A DNA stretch of 63,881 nucleotides, counting the filler, from Mitosporidium daphniae (lineage: Eukaryota), in the NCBI RefSeq assembly GCF_000760515.2. It is 3 parts of 3 records of this genome, joined end to end, with 100 filler letters (N's around TTAATTAATTAA, not from the genome) between each part and the next. Parts side by side here need not be neighbours in the genome. Positions count along the whole stretch, not along the records: positions 43,032 to 63,881 come from NW_013546136.1; 2 more parts are not named here. The stretch is one strand, 5' to 3'. Under the pieces are notes generated by a model, which was not told where the DNA came from, searched no databases, and was given only the letters and a program-made list of their open reading frames with translations. Of the stretch, positions 49,048 to 59,474 are shown piece by piece; position 1 is the stretch's first letter, and the number at the start of each line of letters is the position of its first letter. Both the position numbers and the translations under genes were made by a program.

Positions 49048-52000
49048 CTAAGCCCACATGAGACGGAAGCGCCTGAAAAAGGTTAGGTAAAGGTCGGAAA
49101 TGGCGAGTTTTGCTGCTTCGCTGGCAACGGGCTCTCGCTGTGCCATCTGGTGCAGCTGTGCAAGAAAGTTGCTGAACTCGTTGAGCTCATACCAAAGCGC
49201 CATTTCAGAGATGTGGTATAAGGAGTGGATGCGCTCAACATCGGCATGCAAAAAGTAATCCCAAACATACCCGGAAATGAAAACATCCGGCGGTATTGTG
49301 TGAAACGGCATCGCCAGCATCAGCATCGAAGGTAAGTTCACGCTAGCAGATGCGGTATCGCGATCAACACTGCTGCCAATTATAGTCTTCCCAAGAATAA
49401 GAGCCCCGCGGTGGAAACTGTCGGGGCGCGTTGCTATTTTAGAGTCCCCCATTAGCGTATCACAGTATGCAATCAGGTCGCTTTGTAGAGTGCTCTCCAT
49501 CTCGGGCGAATGGAGAGGCGGAAGAACAACAAGCTCAGCAGGCACATTAAATGAAGCAGCAGGCAAATAACGAAGCTGTACAAACCGACAAAGAAAGAGC
49601 AACAATTCCTTCACCGTGGCATCTGGGGCGCGTTCATAATCGTTTGAGAGAAGGTCAATCCACCCCAGGCGCATCAGATGGCTCACAATGATTGACGCTG
49701 GCATTTGCGAAGGAAGGAGCAGCGGCAGACGAGCATAAACTGTTGGAGCCATCAGCTTCCCCTCGTTGATGGAAGTGAGGAATCCTAAACGTTCCAGTGC
49801 ACACGCCAAGCGGAAAAAATGGGAGGCTAGAACGGGTGTAATGCTCTTTTCGGTTGCTTTTCCATGTGAGGCTAGAACGGGTGTAATGCTTTTTTCGGTT
49901 GCTTTTCCATGTGAGGCCTGTTCGCCACTAGTTAATCCCAGCAGAGAGAGTGGCGAGGAAAGGAATCGCTCTAAAAAGAGCTGCTTGGAGATTCCTTCCT
50001 TGCCTTTAGAGGCCATGTGGAAGGCCTGAAGTACCATGGCAGCATTGAGAGACGAGGCAGCATCCGTCCGTATGGACGGTATTGTCGATGTCTGAAGATT
50101 ATCAAGACGATTCTTGGGCATTCCCCAAAAAATGACGTGCCCCAAGGCGTCATAGTTGCGCCGTCCGGCGCGACCAGAAGCCTGCCGAAAGTCAATGGGC
50201 GTCAAAGAAGTCGATGTGGAGCCGGCAAAAATGACACTCTTGCATGGCATGTTAATTCCAAGCGCAAGCGTGGCGCCGGCAATCACCACCTGTAAATGTC
50301 TCAATCGGAACAAATGCTCCACCAACGAAAGATACCGTTTGGGAACACCTCTGTGGTGCACCCCAATTCCACGATAAAGGCCACGAAATAGGACCTTCTC
50401 CACAGGGGATGTCATGGCTCGTGCAACGCCTTGGGCATCAATAAGCTCCCCGAGCTCTATGTCGCTTATTTTCCAACGCTGATCGTAGAAAACAAACTCG
50501 GGATCTGGGCCTTGTGTACGCATCAAAGCAGCCATCAGGTCAGAAATTGACTCGGCCTCCATGGATTCTTCGATCCACGAATCTTTGGATGTTTTTTTTT
50601 CTGCATCGCGAACACGACGAGAGGCTCGTTGGCTACGCTCAAGCGCCGACATACGTAGGCGCTCTTCGCGCAAGTGGCGAGAATGCTTTACGGCTTCCGC
50701 ATGCTCCAGGCTTTCAATGATGTGAACGGCAAGTCGATTGCAGAAAGAGCGGTCAAAGTGGAAAATAATGGCAGGAAGGCGATCCTCCACACTTAACTCT
50801 GTCAGCAGCGGCATCACAGAGCCCATCAAATAGTTTTCATAGGTAATAGGAAACGAAGCTCCATCGTTCACTTGAGAAGGTAAATCTTCTGTTTCGTGCA
50901 GCGCTTGTTGATGCAAAGCAGAAAGAGCGTCGTTTCCAAGTGCCTTCTGAATCTGTAAAAAGTCTGTTTTTGTGATTGTGCGCTCATAAATGCACCCACG
51001 AATCCAATTCATCAAATTTCTTGAATACGCTCGTAAATCAGAGCGGCGAATTCGAAGTCGCTCAGTAAAACACGGCATTTTTTCGTAATCAAGTTCGGCT
51101 GGCAGCTGCGCCCGAAACTTTCCTGTCTTGAATACGTCTGCAAGTCGGACCGAGTCTCCAGACAGCAAGTAAAAGTCTGGGGGAAGTTGACGATCAAAGT
51201 CATCCATGGATAAAGAGAGCAGCTGGTGCCAAAGTAGGATCCGCCCGTCTCCGCCCATTCGGCGGCGTACGGAGAGCAATGATGAGGTGGATGCCAAATT
51301 TTGACTCTCAACAGCGTCATGATCCTGATTTTCGTCATTGCTTTCCTTCGTTTGAGCAATCTCCTTTTTCAAGAGATTTTGTCTCTCTGTTGGCCCAACA
51401 GACCCGCTAAAAATGTGATATTGGAGGTCTGAATATCTCTCGGCATGATCGATAAGGCGGCATTGAATGCCAGCACGCTCTTGAATGGTCGAAAGCCATT
51501 TGAAAAAAGCCTCTTTGTTTCCTACAGTAGCTGAGAGAGCAAGAACTGGTGCTCTGGAGGTCATCAAAATTTTCTCCCAAGAGCCACTTTTACCCTCTTC
51601 GGAGATGGTGTGAATCTCGTCAAGAATGACGTATTCGACCCGGTTGAAAAAAGACTCTTCATAAAGAGGCGACGTGATAAACCGCTCAATCACTTCAGGA
51701 AAAGTGACCAAAATCTGGGCATCCCACGCATGGAACACCTCCAGATCGGTGAGATATCCCAACAATCGAGAGGCGCTGTTCTTTGGATATTGCTTGTGTT
51801 TGAAGCGCGCATACACATCAGCCACAACCTGGTCCATCAATGCCTTGTTTGGAGCCACATAGAGAACAACACCTGTGTCTGAACGCCGGAGCACTCTTTC
51901 CATGGCATAGTAGCAAATGAATGTCTTTCCAGAAGAAGTAGGTGCCGATATGAGAGCAGAATGGCCCTCGTCGACTGCGTCAAGCAGTTCAACCTGCCAG

Positions 52001-53610
52001 GGATCGGGGCGGAATCGGACACGTGGATCCACCACAGGACCCTCATTAGCGGCATCACTTCGCAGAGCCAAATGCCCACAAAAGAGAAGCTGGAAGCGCA
52101 CATAGGAATGACGCACCTTGTATTTACCGACCTCCCGACTTGCTCGAACAAGGGCGCTCTCCATCGCTTTGATGACATCTTTTTTAGAAAAAGTTTTGGA
52201 AGCCCACTCGATGATGAACTTGGAGCCTGCATCTAAAAATCCAAATAGCGCAAAGGAAGGAAGAATAACGGCCTCCAGTTGAGAAGGCGTTAGAGCCGCC
52301 AGAAGCGAGGTTTCTTGTTCACAACCGCTGTCAATGATTTCAAATAGCACTTCAAAAAGAGCGATGGCATGCACAAAGTCTGCATCTTTGGTGGAGGTTG
52401 CAAGATCAGAAGATCTGTTCAAAACGTTGCTCCTCCAAGCATCGCCAAAAATCCGAAGCTTTTCCAAAAGCATCGACACGTATATTGCCGGTGACGAGGT
52501 TTCGCGATCGATCCGCAACTGATCTAGGATGGCTAACTTGGAATCGATCGTTCGACTCGTAGAACAGCTCTCTCTTGCCACAGCAAGGATTTTTTGCTGA
52601 CGAACCAAATCTGCCTCCATCAAACGACGGGTGTTTTCTTGCTTCATCAATTCTGCCTTTGAAAGTGACTTTTTGATGCCACTTTTTGCATGAGAAGGCT
52701 TCTTTTTTTCACTGCCCTTTGTGACTGGATCGTCCGAACGAAGGACTTGATTGAAGCAGGAAGAAGCGCCGTGGAGTGAACTTGCGTATGTGCTGATACG
52801 GGTCATGATTCGCTGTTCTCGCCTTCGCTCTTGCTGCTCCGGAGTGAATCGATGCGAAAAAGTAGTCAAAGCGGATATTTGATCCTCTTTTTCAATGTTT
52901 GGGTCAAGATCATCCGTCACTTGCTGATAAATCTTGCCATTGTGCGACGAGGTGGACGAGATCTTTTTCAAAGAGGTCTCCAACTCTTCCATGGAGGAAG
53001 TGTTTTCAAGACAAGCAGAAATGGATTGCCGATGGCCCTCTAATTTGCGAATCTCGACTTCTTCTAAAGGAAGAGGTCCATCGAGGTTCTTGTCGTCATA
53101 CATGGTCAGATATCTCGGATCGGCGGGCATGGTAAAGCAATAAAGACGCTCTCCAATCAAAAAGGAGCGCTCTGAAAGGATTGCAATGGTGATTCCGGCT
53201 TGAATGGCTTGTTTCACGTGCGAAGTTGACTGAACAGATATGATGAGAGGACAAGTGGAGGCATGTTTGCTCAAAAGCTTGACGTCGTTTGGATTTCCTC
53301 TGGAGAGGCAAAGCGATTGGACGCCACTAGAGGCATCCTTAAATGCATCGATAAATACATTAATCTCTTCGATTGTAACGTCTGGATGTGGATCCTCTGG
53401 GCATGGCACTAAAAGCCTTAAATGGGAGAGGCCATTCAAGGCGAGCTGACGGGCAAGAATGGAAGATGCGCAAGATAGGGATACATTTTTTCTGGTCACA
53501 TTCTTTTTAATAAAACAGATAATGGATGCTGTCACTACCAAAGACGTGGATCCCCCAAAGTACTTTCCAATATCGACATAATCAAAGTGCTCCTGAAAAG
53601 TAGAATCCAT
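49048..53610 (-). CDS. DDX60-like Ski2-family DExH RNA helicase
   Basis: DPRVRFRPDPWQVELLD, APTSSGKT, YVAPNKAL, DEIH, LSATVGN, RGIGVHH, TLALGINMP, QASGRAGRR; intronless. Confidence 0.9.
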   Translation of the reverse strand: MDSTFQEHFDYVDIGKYFGGSTSLVVTASIICFIKKNVTRKNVSLSCASSILARQLALNGLSHLRLLVPCPEDPHPDVTIEEINVFIDAFKDASSGVQSLCLSRGNPNDVKLLSKHASTCPLIISVQSTSHVKQAIQAGITIAILSERSFLIGERLYCFTMPADPRYLTMYDDKNLDGPLPLEEVEIRKLEGHRQSISACLENTSSMEELETSLKKISSTSSHNGKIYQQVTDDLDPNIEKEDQISALTTFSHRFTPEQQERRREQRIMTRISTYASSLHGASSCFNQVLRSDDPVTKGSEKKKPSHAKSGIKKSLSKAELMKQENTRRLMEADLVRQQKILAVARESCSTSRTIDSKLAILDQLRIDRETSSPAIYVSMLLEKLRIFGDAWRSNVLNRSSDLATSTKDADFVHAIALFEVLFEIIDSGCEQETSLLAALTPSQLEAVILPSFALFGFLDAGSKFIIEWASKTFSKKDVIKAMESALVRASREVGKYKVRHSYVRFQLLFCGHLALRSDAANEGPVVDPRVRFRPDPWQVELLDAVDEGHSALISAPTSSGKTFICYYAMERVLRRSDTGVVLYVAPNKALMDQVVADVYARFKHKQYPKNSASRLLGYLTDLEVFHAWDAQILVTFPEVIERFITSPLYEESFFNRVEYVILDEIHTISEEGKSGSWEKILMTSRAPVLALSATVGNKEAFFKWLSTIQERAGIQCRLIDHAERYSDLQYHIFSGSVGPTERQNLLKKEIAQTKESNDENQDHDAVESQNLASTSSLLSVRRRMGGDGRILLWHQLLSLSMDDFDRQLPPDFYLLSGDSVRLADVFKTGKFRAQLPAELDYEKMPCFTERLRIRRSDLRAYSRNLMNWIRGCIYERTITKTDFLQIQKALGNDALSALHQQALHETEDLPSQVNDGASFPITYENYLMGSVMPLLTELSVEDRLPAIIFHFDRSFCNRLAVHIIESLEHAEAVKHSRHLREERLRMSALERSQRASRRVRDAEKKTSKDSWIEESMEAESISDLMAALMRTQGPDPEFVFYDQRWKISDIELGELIDAQGVARAMTSPVEKVLFRGLYRGIGVHHRGVPKRYLSLVEHLFRLRHLQVVIAGATLALGINMPCKSVIFAGSTSTSLTPIDFRQASGRAGRRNYDALGHVIFWGMPKNRLDNLQTSTIPSIRTDAASSLNAAMVLQAFHMASKGKEGISKQLFLERFLSSPLSLLGLTSGEQASHGKATEKSITPVLASHGKATEKSITPVLASHFFRLACALERLGFLTSINEGKLMAPTVYARLPLLLPSQMPASIIVSHLMRLGWIDLLSNDYERAPDATVKELLLFLCRFVQLRYLPAASFNVPAELVVLPPLHSPEMESTLQSDLIAYCDTLMGDSKIATRPDSFHRGALILGKTIIGSSVDRDTASASVNLPSMLMLAMPFHTIPPDVFISGYVWDYFLHADVERIHSLYHISEMALWYELNEFSNFLAQLHQMAQREPVASEAAKLAISDLYLTFFRRFRLMWA
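49823..49917. repeat. 45-bp in-frame tandem duplication within the DDX60-like CDS
   Basis: Two near-identical copies (one synonymous difference) encoding ASHGKATEKSITPVL. Confidence 0.92.
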
Positions 53611-53769
53611 AAAATTGTAAAATGCAAACTCTAACTTGTGCGCAAATTCAGCATTAAATTTTCAATTTAACACATCCAACATGCAGTAGGTAGACCCTCC
53701 TCAATTGGCGGGATCATCCGACCCCCCCCCCCCATTGCAAGAGATGACAAGCGAAATTCCTTTTGCTTG

Positions 53770-53797
53770 CATGTTTGTGCGCGAGCGCACAAACATG
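53770..53797. repeat. Perfect 13-bp inverted repeat with 2-nt spacer
   Basis: CATGTTTGTGCGC-GA-GCGCACAAACATG. Confidence 0.9.
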
Positions 53798-54201
53798 TCC
53801 AACAAACACTTGCTGTTCTCAGTGATAGGCAGTGGGGTCCAACTTATTATTAAACTTGACCATTGGTATGCACAAACTGTACGGTTCCCAAAATAAACAA
53901 AAACAAAACCAAATGTACACATCAAACTGCATTGCAAGTGGGCCAGCCGAAAAAATCCAAACATTTACAAAGTTGTGCAAAATAGTCGACTGGTAGAATT
54001 GGCCCCCCCCCAAAGTTTATCTCACAATTGCAAAAAGCAAGATAGGTCTCGGGATCAAACGAAACGCAATACTAAGGGAGCCTCTGAAAATTTTTAACAC
54101 ACATGCTAAAAGGCACTTATTGAAGACGCGCCTTTCCAAACGGTGGCCATTAGGATAAAGATTCACTGAAATTACAATTTTAATGAAAAGGGGTTTCTCC
54201 C

Positions 54202-55043
54202 CTAAATGGACATTGAAGACCTCAAAGATTCCAGCTCGTCTTCAACAGAGCGGTATTTCTTTGTACCCATGGGATTATCTAAAAAGTTAACAGATGCTCG
54301 CATTACTGCCTTCAATATTATTGAAGCTCGGAAGCTCAAGCTTTTCAGAGGGAGCACCTTCCCTGATTGCAAGAAGCTTCTCATCTAATTGCTCTTGCTG
54401 CAGTAAAGCAAGCTCATTTTCTAGCTCTTGCTGGCCGGTTACAAAAGCTACCCATACCTCATTTGCATCTAAGGCCAGTCCTATAGGCTGCGACACAGCC
54501 AACGAGATTTCAGAAGCAATGTCAATTTGCTCCCGAATATCCTCCATTGTAGAGTCAACATTGCCGATGCTTCTAATAAACCAATTAATCATTGGGCTAA
54601 TCTCACAATGCGCCATGTATGGATTTCATCGCTTCGGATCCTGCCTTCATCACTTGCATGACCTAAAAAAAGGACACCCCAATACCTCGAGATTGATGTG
54701 GGCATTTTCGATTGTCATCACCTGTGATTCCAAAGTTGTTATGGTTCCTGCGATTTTTTCTAACTCGGCCTCGAGCGAATGTTTTTTCTTCAAAGCAAGC
54801 ATTGCAACTAGATAACGATCAGGACAAAGCCTCCACAATACCTCGCTTATTTTTTGTGGCATTATCTCTGGCAATTTCCAGTTCATTCTCGATCTTTTTA
54901 TAGATGTATTTTTCCTTTTTTTCTAGCTCAACTATCATGTCCTTTAGCTTTGAAATGGCCTCTGTGGGGCTTGTGGAGCTTTGAGCACCCATGATGGTGC
55001 TGCTTCCGGTCAATGAAAACCGAGAGAAGAACCCAGAGAACAT
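54202..55043 (-). CDS. SNF7: ESCRT-III subunit Snf7/Vps32
   Basis: EAISKLK..LEKKE..KNKR|..ALKKK, IENAHIN.E, DSTMEDIREQ..EIS.AVSQP, and C-terminal ELESLRSSM; several mini-introns. Confidence 0.92.
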
Positions 55044-55298
55044 TTCAAATAAAATTGAAGCAAATTTTAATGTTTAATTTTGGCCAAAGGCAAGTGTGTA
55101 GATGATGAGTATCACCCGTATTGTCAATTGGGCATATAAAAAGCCAGCAAAGGGTTGCGCCCTCAATTTATTTGACAATCTATTGTTGCCCCAAAAGGGT
55201 CCAAGGGTTACACCACTGATAATTCAATTGTAAATTTTAATTTGTATTTTGTAATTTGACCCCTCCCCTAAAAAGTTTATTTCTCTGCGACTAATCAA

Positions 55299-56424
55299 AT
55301 GGTTCTCATTAAAGAATTGTAAGGCCTCCGTTTTGTAACGATATAGCCGAATCCCGATGCCCCTCACTGTTGAGGAAGTACCGTTATTGATTCAGCTTAA
55401 TGCAAATATAGTATCAAATAGCACAGCTGTATTCTGTGGCCGAAATGAGCAAGCAAGAGTCTAGTTCGGATTCTGGAATTCAAATTCTTATCAATGAACC
55501 TTACAACGACCAAGCACTGGGAAAGGGACAGTATACGCACAAGCTATATCACCTTGGCAGGTTCCATTTGTTTCGCTTACCCTGCAGTAAATGCCCAAGG
55601 ATTCTCAGCGCGCTCGTTCCAGCGAACACGCTAATCATTGACGAGAAAGCATGGAATGCGTATCCGGATTGCATTACTGGTATGTGATTGCTTTGTTTAA
55701 GCGGTGAGAATTTTTCAACCCGTTCTTGAGAGAAAGGTTTTCCATCAAAATACAGACAAAACATGTGGCCAATGACGATGATCTTGAAAATGTACTGACG
55801 TTTCTTGTTATCTTCTCAACATTAGGTGCACAATTTGCCACCCGATTTGCTCAGCAAGCGCGAAATTGTCAGAATAGACATTGCAAATGATCCGATTGAT
55901 GTAAAGGAAAATGGCTGTGAAACAAATCCTAAACTATTCTGTCCAAAAAAGGATCCGCTACGAGGACCCCTCAATGCAAACTGGATTCGCGATATGAAGG
56001 CTCAAAAGAAACCGTTTATGTGTTGCTACAAATTGGTTACAATTAAATTTAAAGTGTTCGGATTGGAATCGAAAATTGAGTCTTATATTTCCAAAGTACC
56101 TTATACTGATGCTTATGTCGCTAGTACGAGCAATCTCTCTTTTTGCGCTTTCATAGGAGCATTTTCTGCTCTTTTGATAGATGGTTTGGGCTGACGATGT
56201 CGGATATCAGAGCACTTGAAGATGAGGCCAAAAAGGATCTCGATCAGGTGGGCATTTTTCCCCTAATGGTGATTTAGCTGAAAACCGGAGCCTCTGTCAG
56301 TGCCGGTAGTCATGAACATGCAAACGAAGCTATCAATATCCATGGCATCAATGAAGACACCATTGTTGCAGATCAGGCTGTCTGCGAGCTTGGTAATGAA
56401 GATCCCGATAGGATCGAACTCTGA
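55299..56424 (+). CDS. START-fold phosphatidylinositol transfer protein (PITP alpha/beta type)
   Basis: MVLIKEFRIPMPLTVEEYQIAQLY, GQYTHKLYHL, EKAWNAYP, MCCYKLV, FHR...WFGLTMSDIRALE; about 7 mini-introns. Confidence 0.93.
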
Positions 56425-56438
56425 CGGCCAAATAATTT

Positions 56439-57491
56439 TTATTCTTTTTTACATAAATGAAAAGAAATTTTGATTTCTTTGTCTTCATTTAACCTGGCAT
56501 GCTGGTTGTATTTTTTTTCATAAAACATCCCGTCGTCTGAGGGGTAAGAATATAGCAAAATGGACGAGGAGACCGTTCCAAAAGATCCACTTGGAATCAT
56601 AAATGGTGGGATGAATGTTGCAGACAGCTTTTGCTCTAGGATTTCACCAACATCCACATCAGCAGAGGTGTCAATGGGGGTTTTGGCAGAGCTAATTTGC
56701 ATATTCTGATGCTCCCCCTTGACGCCTTGGATTCTTTGTGAAAGCAAGGCGATTAGCTTGGGAATGTCCTTGTGTTCGTTTCTCTGCCATAGCATGGAAT
56801 ATGCTTTTGCCAGGTTGTATCCTTTGGCTGAAGGGAAATCAGATTGAGATGGACACGTCAGGGAAAATGTAGAAATCCCCATGTTTTCCATTATCAAGCA
56901 TAGCGACTCTGCCATTGAATGTCTATTTAGGGTTACTTCGTTTTGCGTAATAAGGGAAGCATTGGTTGCATTCGGAGTTCGGTGTACAATTTTGCAAACA
57001 TCGAACGAATAGCTTTCCATGTCAAATTGGATTGCTATCAGATTAAATGAGTGGTATAATGAAGAGGAGAATGCAATTTGCACGGCATCTGAAAGGGGCT
57101 TTGGCTCTGATGCCAAAATCTTAACCAGAACCCCTCGACTGCAAATAGAGGGCTCATCGCCAGATGAGCCAGTAGAACAGCTGCTCTGAGCAGCACCGAT
57201 CGTTCCAAGGGTATTTAGGGCCCTGCCGTTTGTCAAGAGAACAATTCTTTCTAAAACTTAACTCCTGCATACAATACTGAGCTTTGTGTTCAAGGCCTTC
57301 CAGGTGCCAAGCATATCGGAATCTTGGCCCCCAATAATGTCACAATTCGCCCAAGTGTAGAGTCGTTTGGTAGGCCTGTTGAATAGCTCTTCGCGATTAA
57401 ATAGTGCCGATCTAGGGTCAGTACTTGTGTAGCAACGGTACATGGTGTTGCTGTTCGATGTTCCCTCAACGTGCACAAGAGCAATGCACAT
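56439..57491 (-). CDS. TANGO2/NRDE-family Ntn-fold protein
   Basis: MCI start, FNREELFNRPT, GGQD...GTW, LTN, SRG.LV, FNLI, FGTVSSS; two mini-introns. Confidence 0.82.
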
Positions 57492-57554
57492 GTTCAACAA
57501 AAGTTTGAGAAAGTTTAATTATCGGCAGCGGCATCCGATTTTTGCAGCAATTTA

Positions 57555-59352
57555 ATGTCAATTGGTAAAAATGGCCTCCCCCAATTTGGGAATGCATACC
57601 CCCATGCTGGAGATTTAGACTTGGCTCCAAAGCGAAAAGATGCCATGAATAACCTGGATCTTTCCCATATGGAGAAAGTGCTTTCGTCATTGAAAACAAG
57701 CTGGAAGCCCTTTCTTAATCAAAATGTATCAAATGTGCACGCCACTAACCGGAACGTAGTTTAATGCCTTTATCTCTGCCATGGAGATTGCAAATTCCCC
57801 ATCGCAGTCGGCGAACAATGTTCAGGCCTACGAATCTTTGCATTTAGAGCTAGAAAGAGCCATGGACGTCGCTACCAATTCTTATCACAACGAGTTGCAG
57901 GCAATAGCGTCGAAATTTTCGTCCATCAGCAACAACGTGCTGGGTATTTTGCCATATGCTTTTCAGTGTAGACGCGCGATCCAAATTTTCTTCATACAAA
58001 AAAGACTTCCAAAAGTCTAAATGCTGTTTGGTGGGATCCCGCTTCGACCTCACTACGCTTTATATTTTGATGGAAGAAGCCAACTTGCGCATTTTGATTT
58101 TATCGCTCATGTACGCGTGCATTGTGTTTTTATGATGGCAGGAAAAACCTGGGGTCGGTCCCCAAAAAGATCGAAACGTGTTTGGAGCAAGAAAAATACA
58201 TCGAAGCTTGCGATTTGCTACTTTTGTCGAAGAAAATCCTAAGCTCAAGCATCTTTTGTTCGATCCATGCGCTATCGCACATTTCTCATCTCATTTCGTA
58301 CGAATATAAAAACGTATTTCCAAGCTTTTGCGCTGATAACATTTAGGGGTTGGAGGGCGTTCTTTGCTCTCGCCTGTACGACACGGTTTTTTTAAAAAAC
58401 CCGTCGTCGTGCAAACGGATTGGATCCTTTTACACGTCGCTTATTGAAAACTATAGCTCCAGCTCACATTCAGACACATTTTCGCTTTTTGAAATTGTCG
58501 ATGGTTTGTGCAAAATAGAAAGCATCTACAATGCCCTGAAGGTAACAACTACGTATTCGCCCTAAAACTGCCAGACCATAAAGAACGCATACAAACTGCA
58601 AATTGATGCATGTTTCTCCCTGTTTGAGGAATCGGGCAGAGGACATTATCCCATCAGTGATGAGGAATGGCCCCCTTTGCTTTCGCTAGAGAAAAACATG
58701 ATATCAATTTTTGCGGATAGAGTTATATGGTCGTTGGCAAAGCTTCTGGCCATATTTGAATTGACAATCCTATTGATCATGCATTTGGAAAGGAAATATG
58801 AAATCAAGCAGGCGTCCATCGGCATATTCATTGGCTCCGTTCAGGGAATGATTCAGAAGGCAGTACGCCATTTTTGGATGTTTCCGTAACTGCTGTAGAT
58901 CGTCGATAATTTGGCGCAAATCGGACCCATTTCAAAATCGCTGGAATCGCTGAATTTGGATGGTGTTCCCACGTGTTTGGATGTTATCAGCAACCCTCAG
59001 GCACAGATAGATGCAAACGATGTAAATGCTTCCATTCATTTGTTAGATGCTCAGATTCAGGCTAACAAACCTCTCCATCAACGATCCGTTTGACCTCAAT
59101 CTTGATGCCATTTTGCATCAAAATGGCACCACGGTATACAATCGGGGGTCGATTGAAGCCAATGGCGCTATGCCAGATGTTTATTTAATTCCCGCGGACA
59201 AGCCCGTTGAGTCGATGTTTTTTAAAATGATCCCGTCTTCAAGAACAAGATCCCTGCTTTTTGCCTTTACATTCAGGTAGCGTTTATGCTCCATTGACGG
59301 CATTAGGTATTTTGTAAAGTTTGAGCAGATTTTGGCCTCCCTAGTCAAATAA
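57555..59352 (+). CDS. SEC8: Exocyst subunit Sec8 (N-terminal half only, ~500 aa)
   Basis: W..FL..N|FNALSLA, VPKKIETCLEQEKYIEA, LYDTVFLKNP fit the Sec8 N-terminal domain pattern; about 8 mini-introns; ends ..LASLVK*. Confidence 0.7.
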
Positions 59353-59353
59353 A

Positions 59354-59418
59354 CAAGTAAATCATAAGCAAGTAACCCATAAGCAAGTAACCCATAAGCA
59401 AGTAACCCATAAGCAAGT
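59354..59418. repeat. 15-bp tandem repeat, about 4.3 copies
   Basis: Unit CAAGTAACCCATAAG; the first copy is divergent. Confidence 0.93.
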
Positions 59419-59474
59419 GGGCTTGCACTAAAATTTAATATTCTCAATTTATTCCGAAAAAAACTGGTTGATTG

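Noticed and set aside
54100..54120. U5 loop-1-like GCCTTTTAG on the minus strand
   Set aside because: The invariant loop is GCCTTTTAC, and no extended U5 stem or properly placed Sm site is present.
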